This document shows, piece after piece, positions 48,159 through 58,929 of a stretch of DNA of 64,000 bases. This DNA is from Felis catus (taxonomy: Eukaryota): contig NC_058383.1 in the NCBI RefSeq assembly GCF_018350175.1, positions 9,984,001 through 10,048,000 of the forward strand, read 5' to 3'. The position numbers and the translations under genes are program-made. Below the pieces are notes generated by a model that ran no database searches, was not told the DNA's origin, and worked only from the letters and a program-made list of their open reading frames with translations. Each line of letters begins with the position of its first letter. Position 1 is the first letter of the stretch.

Positions 48159-48970
48159 CATACATACATACATAAATGGAGAGAAAGCTGCATATATGTT
48201 TTACTAATTCTAATAGTAAAGACACAGAAATATGGAAGTCTGGCTGTAAGACATCTACCCTCTCAACTCCTACCGTTATTATGTACCCCGAAGTAATATA
48301 AAGACGGAGAACAATGGAATGTATTTGTAAATTAGGAAAAATGGGGAGAAAAGATGCAACTGCTCATAAAAAAATCACACAACTAATACTTGTTTAATGC
48401 ATACATATAATTTGAAAAGACCCACAAATGTTATTACCTTTGGAGTTATATGGACTTTATCATTTAAAATCAGTAAAAAGCACTTTACAACAACTGGTGG
48501 ATAGTATTTTCCAATCTTCTCTCAGGCTGTGGTATACTAAACCTACCTCACATGGAACATGGGGTCTCCTGAACTGGTTCATCCACAGCACGTGACAGTC
48601 TTTTGGAGCAGTAAATGACAAGACCGTAAATGGGCCTTGAAATGTATCCATTCACCAGCACCAGTGCTACCCAACATTAAGCAAACCCTTCTGAGCCAAT
48701 CAGTGACAAGGATGGACAAATGGGAATACACAAACATGTTTCAGACCTTAAAGCATAGGCACCAATTACATGGGAATGTTAAATAACAGATAGGTTAAGC
48801 AATGTTCCAGAACTGTGACTCCAAAACCAGTTTTCTATTCAACTTAATAGAAAAGAGATTTTTGGAGAGCTTGGCTCAGTTGGTGGAGTGTCTGACTCTT
48901 GATCTCGGGGTTGTGGATTCAAGCCCCACAATGGGTGTAGAGATTAAAAATAACATCTTTAAAAAAAAAA
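48043..48970 (+). mobile_element. Two short Can-SINEs (48043-48176 with (TACA)n tail; 48862-48970)
   Basis: tRNA-like head directly followed by gagatta and an A-rich or TACA tail. Confidence 0.8.
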
Positions 48971-49194
48971 TAGAAAAACTCTTTTTGAACAAAGGATCTA
49001 AGTGTATGATGAGATTTTCCAGATATCAAAGGAAAAATACCACATGTACACAGAGAATTTTTGGTTCCACAGGTCTTTCAGGACAAACCCACATGTGATT
49101 TCCGGGGTCATCTGGGGAAGTCAAGAACATCAGGGCACAATTCCGAATTGAGTTTACATAAGTAACAGATTTCATTGGGTGTTTATGTTCTTAC

Positions 49195-49372
49195 CCGGGC
49201 TTCAAATTCTGATGTTTCTTCCACATAACCAAGTCCCCCCTTTTGTAACCTTGTTGCAACTTCAATGAGATCACTACGAAGAAAGTTTAAAAGCTCCTGG
49301 TTGCCATCACAGGATTTTAGACCCAAATTTGGCTTCCGGGCCAGATGAATAGAATGAATAATGTCCTGGTAC
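49195..49372 (-). CDS. BAZ1B: BAZ1B exon 12 (178 nt)
   Basis: tctag|GTACCAG...GCCCGG|gtaag; encodes YQDIIHSIHLARKPNLGLKSCDGNQELLNFLRSDLIEVATRLQKGGLGYVEETSEFEAR. Confidence 0.96.
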
Positions 49373-50232
49373 CTAGAAAAGTTGGGGTAGAGGGAAGGGG
49401 AAATAAAGAAACATTTCAAAACGGTCTATAAATTTCAACGACTTGAATGGCAGGTCTCATTTCTAGAAGACTTACTCAGACTGTTTTTATCTCTCCTGGG
49501 TGTTTCTTCAGACCCACGGTTTCTTGCACAAATTCTCAAATTTTTCTTACTCATTTTAAAAACACCCTTCTTTTATTCTGTATTTGATAATCCCAGTATC
49601 TGAAGTGGACTGCTTTACCTGGCTCTCATTCACATTTCCTGGTCTGGGTTTTGTTTTGACCTTTTTACCTTGAGTTTCTTGGATTTCTATCTGTGGAAAT
49701 TCTTTGAGGCCTGGTTTGAAGCTTACTTCTCCACAAAGAATGTGCACTTGCCCATGTCAGCTGCCAGGAATTGCTACCAACCTGAGATAACTTTAAATCA
49801 CCTGCCTGGAATTCCTTACAACATAGAAAAAAACATGAAACTGAGCAGACACCCTATAGAAGGACCTTCAAGTTCACTCTCACACTACAGATTAACCTGC
49901 TGAAGTCCCAGCAGCAGACTCTCTTCTCTGTTGGCTTCTTACAACAAAATGAAAACTAAAGCTCAAGGTCATCTCCACTGAGTTAGACTAAGTTTCCATT
50001 TCGTTCATTCCAAGCACTTTTCATATTATTTTCCTCTGAATACAACCTTCACTGTATCCCATGGGTTTTCTTACAAAGGATTTCCCTTTCCTTGCTTTCT
50101 AGAATTCCCTTTTATTTTCTTCTTTGATACGTTATCTAGGAATACATTTAACTTTAAGATCCTTTGGTTATCTTTAAAGAATTTATTTCTAACTTTATCA
50201 TAATCTGATCAGAGAATGTATCCTGAAATTAC

Positions 50233-50462
50233 TTTTTTAAAAAAAAATTTTTAATGTTTATTTTTGAGACAGGGAGAGGGAGAGGCAGAGACAGAACATG
50301 AACGGGTAGGGGCACAGAGAGATGGAGACACAGAATCTGAAGCAGCCTCCAGGCTCTGAGCTGTGAGCACAGTACCCGATGCCAGGCTTGAACTCACAAA
50401 CTGTGAGATCATGACCTGAGCCAAAGTCAGACACTTAACCAACTGAGCCACCCAGGCACCCC
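50233..50462 (-). mobile_element. Felid-type Can-SINE
   Basis: Reverse head gagccacccaggcacccc; gagacacagaatctgaagcagcctccaggctctgagctg. Confidence 0.9.
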
Positions 50463-52192
50463 TTACATCTGTTGAAATTGCTTTTGTGGCTGAGTATATG
50501 ATTATCTTTTATAAATGTTGATGGATATAACAAAAAACTTCACTTCTGTTTCCAGCTGGCCTGGTATCTATCATTTTGTTTTTAAATTCCTTTTTTATTG
50601 AGATAATTGAGTGCACACTCTATATCCTCCATCACTTATTTTCTTGAAAAGAGCATATACATTTTTGCTTTATAAATTTGAACCTCAAATGGTTTGTGAT
50701 ACATTATCCTATCCTTATCCCCTTGGCCACCCAAAGGAAATTCAAATAACCACCAACAAGAGAACAGATAAATTAGATTCACAAAGATTACACAAATTCA
50801 CAGAATCATATATAGAAAGGAAAATGATGGGAGTTCAGTTATAAAAATCACGGATGGAACCTGAAACTAGTATATTGTATATCAACTATACTTCACTTAA
50901 ACACAATGATTTTTTAGTATAAGAATGCTAACTAAAGAACATTACATCTCAAAGACCACATATGCTTGATAGCCTTTAAAAAGTTCAAAATCAGCAAAAC
51001 AAGATATGTGAGATTTTTTTAATGTTCAACAAAAGAAAAAAGTTTAAGTTTTGTTTTTAATTCCAACTATCAAAAATACTTTATCCAAACAGAAGGAAAG
51101 TCACAGAACTATATTCCTTTGTGATTCTATGTATTGACATTTTTCCTTGTCTTTCTTAATTTGCCTGGTCATATCTATATTAAAACACCATGATTCAGAA
51201 TGCAATTTTAATTAATCTCCACATTAAGTAGGAGACTAAAACTAGTATACTGTACCCACCATAACTCACAAAAGTCTGGAGAACTTGCAACATACTGAAT
51301 GGTATTTTCCTTCTCTCTTCAACCAAACCTAAATTAAACCATGAAAGCATGCACTTGATACTAAAGGCAGCCTTAAGCCAAAACTTTGCCCTTTGACAGG
51401 AACAACGGCTAGAGCAGGACGGACACTAGCAAATCTTAGATGTAGACAGTTGTTTTGAGGGGCTTTTTAAGACAGAATTCACATTAACATTAAACTCACC
51501 ATTTTAAAGCATACACTTCAGTGGCTTTTATGTTGTGGAACCATCAAAACTACCTAATTCCGAGACTTCCATCACCTCATGAAGAAATCCCACACCTGTG
51601 AGCAGTCACTCCCAATTCTCCCCGTCCCCCACCCACTGGAAAGCACCTGTATATTTTCTGTCTCTATGGAGTTGTCTATTCTGAAAGTCTTACACAAATG
51701 GAATCCTAAAACATGTGTCTGTTTACCTGGCTTCTTTGACTCCACCGTTTCAGCCACGTTGTAGCATGTACCAGTACTTTCTTTTGTCGCTCAATTTACG
51801 GCGATGCTACATTTTGTTCATCCATCAGCTGAAGGACATTTAGGTTGTTTGCATTTTTTGGCTATTTTCAACACTGACAGAATACTTCCGAATGCCAACT
51901 GATGTGGCACTGACCTTGCAAAGATGCCTAACCACAATGAAGACCTCAGCTCGCTGCACGGCACACACTAATCAACAAATAACCCTGCCACCCTGTACAT
52001 ACGTTAAAGTTTAAAAGCAGACTTTTCCAAATAAGCAGGAGTCAAGAAAATACCAAGCAACAAGGACATTAAAGGGTTACAGACACTTTTAAAAAATGTA
52101 TTTTAACAGCTTTTATGAATAAACAAACAAAGATCCCCTAAGATATTTAAATGCTGAAGAGAAGCCGTGAGGAGCAAGATGAAAGTCCTTAC

Positions 52193-52291
52193 CTCTTCTC
52201 CAGTCTCTCTTTAAGTTGACTTTCTCTTATTCCCTGAGGGTGAAGGCAGTTTAGCAACTCATCCAGTTCCTTCTGACTATCACATAAAAAC
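52193..52291 (-). CDS. BAZ1B: BAZ1B exon 11 (99 nt)
   Basis: tgcag|GTTTTTATGT...AAGAG|gtaag; encodes FLCDSQKELDELLNCLHPQGIRESQLKERLEK (WHIM3-type motif). Confidence 0.96.
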
Positions 52292-52954
52292 CTGCAAGGA
52301 GCAAAACAGACCTAGTGACTCTGAAAAACAATCAAATACTAAGAAAGAGATCTACAGAGATCTAGGGTTGTTGGTGGGAGTTGGGAGAGAATTCCAAACT
52401 TGCTTACAAGTAGAATAATTTACTATTTCCATGAAGTGTAATGTTAAGTTTACCCTAGAATATTGAAGCCAATGTTTCCTACTAAAATAGACAAATTTTA
52501 TAAAGTTAATAAGCACAGTTGTCACACACCTTCAAAAGAGTAAACTTATATACAAAACTAAAAGATACAAGGTCATTAAACCAAAAGGTGGATCAGAGGT
52601 GGAACAGTTAATGCAATCACAAAGTGAAAGGGACCCTCTCAAAACCTAGCTCCCTGTCTGAAAGAGAACTGACACAAAAGATTATTACTATGTATACAAT
52701 ATTTTATTCTTTAATTAATAAAGATGAAAATCCTAAATCTATTCCCAGAATTAAAAGCACTGCCAACGTAACGTAAGATCTATTATAGAACATACACAGT
52801 TACTTTATAAGGGGGAAATAAAATTCCAAAGCTTAGAAAAAATGTATTATCAAAAAAAAAAAAAGTGTGCTTTTAAAGCAATGAGTTTACATATTCAAGA
52901 AATCAAAGTCATACAAAATGATCTTAATAATCACTGGTATCACTATATTAAATA

Positions 52955-53184
52955 TTTTCCTTCTTTTTCTTAATTTATTATCTTGGGAGAGAGTGTGAAC
53001 ATGTGCACACAGGTGTGTGATCAGGGAAGGAGCAGAGAAGGAGGGAGAGAGAATCCCAAGCAGGCTCCACGCTGTCAGTGCAGAGCCTGACGCAGGGTCT
53101 GATCTCACCAATCGAACTGTGAGATCATGATCTGAGCCAAAATCAAGTCAGAAGCTCAACCGACTGAGCCACCTAGGTGTCCCT
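52955..53184 (-). mobile_element. Can-SINE about 60 nt from the exon 10 donor
   Basis: Reverse SINE; flanking duplication aaatatttt. Confidence 0.88.
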
Positions 53185-53243
53185 AAAATATTTTAACGTG
53201 AAAAAAGAAAAAAACAGAGCAACCAGATAAATGCTCACATTAC

Positions 53244-53349
53244 CATAGATTCTGTCCTTGTTTGGGTATGGTGGTCTCCACAGCAACTTCTGCTGATGGG
53301 CCAGGTTGTACGTTCATGCTTACGTTTTTGCCTAGGTTTGCTTTCTTAC
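53244..53349 (-). CDS. BAZ1B: BAZ1B exon 10 (106 nt)
   Basis: ttttag|GTAAGAAAG...CTATG|gtaatg; encodes (S)KKANLGKNVSMNVQPGPSAEVAVETTIPKQGQNL(W). Confidence 0.94.
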
Positions 53350-54433
53350 CTAAAAAAAATTAAAACATTTGGTTGAATATAGTAAATCCCCAATTCCTAC
53401 TTTCAAACCTCAGTGGGACACAGTGCCAAAGCCAACAACTAATAACACAGATGCTGCATATTGAATATAGCCAATGTACAGCAGGTGCTAGTTTCTCTTA
53501 AACATCTTATGTACAGCACATCATCTGAGATAATTGCTCTCTATGCAGCTGAACAGCTGCACAGTCCAAGGTTCAGAGTGTGGCAACTTAGAATGGAATG
53601 GGAGCACTGAATAACTATCAAACAATTTACTTCTTGTACATCTGTAGTGAAGTAGAGACAACTGAAACATATAAAACCATAAACTTACCCCTGGAGGCTT
53701 CAAATGTCAAACATGATTAACTTTTTTGTAAACCAGCTCCTATCTACCATTAGGACATGAATACAGACAGATCTTAAGCCAATGTGAAGCCTGTACTAAT
53801 ACTCTCATGGCTCCTGTCCCTTGCTCCCATTCTGCCCTCTTTACCCTGCGGGCACTTTCCCTGCAATAGAACACATGACCCTGTAGTCTTGAGTCAAGTG
53901 ACTCTGAAGTGACCTTGCCATGCCTGAATGAGGGAGCATGAAGAAACAACATCCGCCAGGATGCGCTGGAAGTGAAGGGACTGATGTCCATCCTCTCTTG
54001 AGAGCTAGAACTACGGAAACCTGATTTCTAAAGACAGCCATTAAGCTTTTGAACATCATAAAATCAGCCTCTCCTCCTGCTGGAAACTCTCCCCCAGATG
54101 TGAAGATCCGGACTTCACATTTACTGCTCTCAAATACAACTGCCCTCATGTGGGTATTTACAAAGTTTACTAAAACTAGATCTTTCTACTAAGTACTACA
54201 ATCTAACACTTAATACAATGTGCAATATGAAAATACCTGTGAAACTTTGAGCTATATATTAATTTCTTTAACAATTTTGAGTTTTAAGTTTGGGTTAAGA
54301 GTTTCTCTAAAATGAAGGAAAACTGCATTTTACAAAAATCTCTCCAAGAAATATAATGATCTAATATTTGAGAAGTAATTTGCATTAGGTCGTAGAAAGT
54401 AGAGCTAGAAGGAAGCTTGCAGATCATTTAACC

Positions 54434-54627
54434 CAGGGGTTCTCAATTGGGAGCCACGCTGCCTCCCAGGAGCCATGTGGCAATGTCTAGGGACATATTT
54501 GACTGTCACTATTGCATCTAGTCCACTGAGGCCACGGATGCTGCTAAATATCCTACAATACACAGGAATGACCCCCAACTACAAAGAATTATCTCACCCA
54601 AAATGTCAGTAAGGTTGAGAAATCCTG
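54434..54627. mobile_element. MER20-like hAT-Charlie element with 8-bp target-site duplication
   Basis: Termini caggggttctcaa...ttgagaaatcctg; flanks atttaacc (54426-54433) and acttaacc (54628-54635); internal gatgctgctaaatatcctacaatacacagga. Confidence 0.85.
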
Positions 54628-55361
54628 ACTTAACCTCACCATTTGGTTTTTTTCATTAAAAATTTTTTCTTTTAATTTCTTTCTTGAAATATTATACATA
54701 TTATATATGTAAATGTTGTTATATATAATATATATTCAATATATACCTCAAGAAAAAAAGTGCCCCTCTGTATTTATTTTACAAACTGAATAGACCCGTG
54801 TAACTAGAACCCAGATCAAGAAAAAGAACATCAGTATCCCTTTATGACCCTTTCTCCGTCACTTATTTTTAGTTATTTGCTGTTTCCCCTCACTAGAATC
54901 TTAGTTAAATGACATTCAGGACCTTATGTGTCGTGTTTGCTATCTTGTAGCAAAACATGAAAAATTGGTTGGCACACACAAGATGCTCTATAAATACTGA
55001 ATAAGTAAGTTTTGGAAGATGTGTAACTGCCTTCTTAGCCCCTTCACCTCAATTCCAGCCATTAAGGTACCTATAAAGAAACTTTTAAGGAACAAAGTTT
55101 GAAGACTACTTGTATAAAATCTAATACCCAAATATCCTAATATTCAAGCTCTTTTCACACTATACCTGGAACAAAATTGGTAATCAAATGTTAGTTTCCT
55201 TCCTTCTTCCGTGCATTTCACATTCTCCCATCCCACTCAAATACATCTACCTAAGAAGACAATAAAGAATTCTTTCAAATGCAAAAAGTGACAGAGAAAA
55301 GACAGTCCTTATTAATGACCCTACTCAAGCAGGGTAAAAGAACTGGTAGATATATACATAC

Positions 55362-55492
55362 TTCGGGGACAGTAATCCTCATCAGGAGAGTCCGCACGGT
55401 CTTTGCGGTGATTGAATCGGTAGTCGATGCTGTCATGTACCCAGCCTTTTTCAATGAACAATCCTGGAACTTCATCTGAGAAAAGCCAGTAT
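55362..55492 (-). CDS. BAZ1B: BAZ1B exon 9 (131 nt)
   Basis: tatag|ATACTGG...CCCCGAA|gtatgt; encodes YWLFSDEVPGLFIEKGWVHDSIDYRFNHRKDRADSPDEDYCPR. Confidence 0.96.
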
Positions 55493-55981
55493 CTATAAAT
55501 CACAACCATATATTAGTAAGACAATGACAGATTATGAGCATGACTGTTAGTGGAGATGATCACACAATATCACTGAAAATTCAGATAGATACAAATGATA
55601 AAGTAAGGCACACAATACCAACATTTTTGAAATTTGAGATTCAAAGCTGTAATTTTTATAACTTCTAATATTTCTGTTTAGGTTCCACACAATGTACACA
55701 TGCAAAATGTATCGCTATTTTTAATAAACTCTATTTGAATTACATTTCGCAAATCACAATAATTTAAGTTTCATATTTGTAGTATCTTCAAGAACAGGGT
55801 CATGTCTTAACTTTGTAACTAGCATGTGGCACAGAAAATATTCAATAAATGTGTGAAGAGCAATTGTTTCTGAAATCCATAAATAGGGAAGCCTGTCTAT
55901 TCTTGGCACTTTAGGCAGTTTCATAACTAGGAACAATATAACAGCTCTAGAAGATAACAAAAATTAAGTTTAGTAACTTAC

Positions 55982-56120
55982 CTGTTATGGTTTCGATCTG
56001 TACCAATAGGAGTCCTGCGCATGACCAGCTTTGCCTTGGCAATTCCTTCCTGGAAAGCCTTCTCAGCAGCTGCTTTGTGCTTTCGTATTCGTTCTTCTTC
56101 AGCTTCACGTTCTAGTTTCA
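55982..56120 (-). CDS. BAZ1B: BAZ1B exon 8 (139 nt)
   Basis: aacag|TGAAA...AACAG|gtaag; encodes (V)KLEREAEEERIRKHKAAAEKAFQEGIAKAKLVMRRTPIGTDRNHN(R). Phases match neighbouring exons. Confidence 0.96.
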
Positions 56121-57338
56121 CTGTTACAGATAAAAGAATCAACTAGATTTTTTTCCCTAATAAATTCCATTCTTACAAATTAAGTAGAATACAGAGTAGA
56201 AAGTAGAAAGTCGATTTTCTGTCAAACCTTATTCGTTTCCTTCTCCTGATTCTGATCTGTTATAAGAAATGATGTGCTATAAGGCTGGTTGCCCTATGTC
56301 CTTTGAATTCTGATGATACCGCAACCATCGACTCAATGCAAAATCTTTTCTCTTCAAAATGTAACTTCTTACTAATTTTAACAATCAGATTAGATTAATT
56401 CTATTAATAATTAAAAATGGAACATTAAAACAGTCCCTAAAGGGAATTAATTGATCCTCAAAATTATGAGAATGAATAAAACCAGAATAGTTATTTTGAA
56501 AACATATTTTGATATTGAGGAAGCTGATTATTACTCAGCTTATTAGCCTTGGTGACAAGCAAAAAGAACTGAGAAATCAAGGGCGGGCAGGCAAGCACTT
56601 GTGGATAATAATCATCACTGCATACTGAATACCATTCAGGGGTTGGTTATTCAGCAAGTTACTACTGTTACAGATGAAAAAAAGAAGTTTTACTCAATTT
56701 ATTCCCGATCATTCATCCACCCAGAAATTTCTCTCAACAACAAAAGCAGCTCAATAATCTTTTCTTTTCAGTTTTTCTATAACTGTCACAAATTTTGAAA
56801 CAGTAAGTATACAGTGCTGCTATTTACAAGGCCAGAATTTATAACACTGATCTTCTAACAATGACAGCCTCTACAGTATGATAAGAATCTGGAAAACACA
56901 TCAATCTACAGATGTTACTTTAAACAAGACAAATCTCAGTTATTTAAAACCAACATGATACTTGTTACCTTTAACAAAGTTTGCTCTCCTGAATGGAACT
57001 ATGTTTGCAACAAGGATTACAGTAAATATAAGTACAAAGGTAATGATGAAAACAGTAATGGCTTCATCACAATACAAGTTCTTTCTCCTACGGCCACAAA
57101 TAAACAAAAAACTCAGGGCAAGTCATAAAAAGAAGACCAAATTTAGTTTCAGAGGCTATAGAACTGAAGGAGACACTGAAAGACCTGAATTCTAATTCAA
57201 GTACTGGCCTTGGCAAAATATTAACAGTTTCTGTCCCTTATTTCTCTACATCAATTAAGAGTGCCATAAATAAATAAATATCAACTGCCTAAGATAAATA
57301 TAACACACAGAAAGAAACACTTCAAAAATCCAAGAAGA

Positions 57339-57387
57339 GGGGCGCCTGGGTGGCGGTTTAAGCATCCGACTTTTTTTTTTAATGCTT

Positions 57388-57428
<41 letters not shown>

Positions 57429-58255
57429 CACGTGAATGAGGGAGGGGCAGAGAGAGGGAGACACAGAATCTGAAGCAGGCTCCGGGCTCTGAGCTGTCAG
57501 CACAGAGCGTGACTTGGGGCTTGAAATCATGGACCATGAGCTCATGACCTCAGCCAAAGTCGGGACACTTAACCTACTGAGCCACCCAGGCACCTCATGA
57601 CTCTTGATTTTAGCTCAGATCATTATCTCATGGTTGGTGAGTTCTAGCCCAGCATTGGGCTCCATGCTGACAGTGCTGAGCCTGCTTGGGATTCTCCTTC
57701 CCTCTCTCTCTGCCCCTCCCTCAATTGCCCAGGCTCTACCTCTCTCAAAATAAATAAACTGAAAAAAAGAGGGGGGTGCGTGGGTAGCTCAGTCAGTTAA
57801 GCATCCAACTTCAGCTCAGGTCATGATCTCATGGTTCATTAGTTCGAGCTCCACGTTGTGCTCTGTGCTGACAGCTCAGAGCCTGGAGCCTGGTTTAGAT
57901 TCTGTGTCTCCCTCTTTCTCTGTCCCTCCCCTGCTCACACTCTGTCTCTCTCAAAAATTAAGTAAACATTTTTTTTTAACTTAAAAAACCATTAAAAAGA
58001 AAACTCAAGAAGAAATCATTACATTTCTGGTGAAACACAGCTAAAGTGTGATTACATACATATATATATATACATACACACACACACACACGTATATAAT
58101 AGTTACATATATACAATTATTACATATATAAAATATTATATACATATACACAGTGACTATATATATATATATATATAACTTTAAAACTGGAAAGTACCCA
58201 CATATAAATGCAATGTGTATATATATACATGTATATATATATATATATACACATG

Positions 58256-58292
<37 letters not shown>

Positions 58293-58548
58293 ATATGTAA
58301 AAACATTCCAGCGGCCTTACTTAGTATAAACTAAAACCTGTTTTTGGTTTTTTTTTTAGGTTTTATTTATTTACTTATTTTGACAGAGCACAAGCAGAGG
58401 AAAGGCAGAGAGAAAGGAAGAATCCCAAGCAGAATCTGTGCTGCCAGCACAGAGCCCAATGTGGGGCTCAAACTCACAAAATGTGAGATCATGACCTGAG
58501 CTGAAATCAACAATCAGATGCTTAACCGACTGAGCCAGTCAGGAGCCC
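57339..58548. mobile_element. Nested Can-SINE cluster (+57339-57770 split by -57371-57594; +57772-57985; -58342-58548) around a (TA)/(CA)/(TG) low-complexity tract at 58052-58296
   Basis: SINE heads and tails; dinucleotide repeats. Confidence 0.87.
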
Positions 58549-58929
58549 TTAAAATCTGTTTTAAAAGAAGTATTACATATACGTGAAAGAACTACTGAAG
58601 TTATTTCTACGTATCTGTCTAATTCTTAGTATCCAACTTTGACAAATAAATGGTTTTTATCATCTTCATTTCACAAGCTGGAAACTTTCCTAAGGTTGGA
58701 TACTGTAACAGCAATCAAAATAGCTTAAAAATCAAAAAAACCCCAATAAACATAGCAGGTTTACTGTGGGTAACAGCAACTATGAAACTTATTTTGTGTA
58801 CATCATAAGACTGAGCAAATAAGTACACACTGATATTGATGGATACACTAAGGTTCTCATGATGTTATAAGAAGGGAGATACAAATACAGAATGAGGGAT
58901 GGCAAACCGGAACCCTTGGGTGTCAAAAT

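Noticed and set aside
12010..48970. tRNA-like sequences at 12010, 12983, 16513, 22356, 48043 and 48862
   Set aside because: They are heads of short Can-SINEs (tRNA-derived, with A-rich tails and, in several cases, target duplications), not intact cloverleaf tRNA genes.
56265..56320. C/D-box snoRNA-like atgatg...ctga
   Set aside because: Imperfect C box, no clear terminal stem, and on the strand opposite the host transcript.
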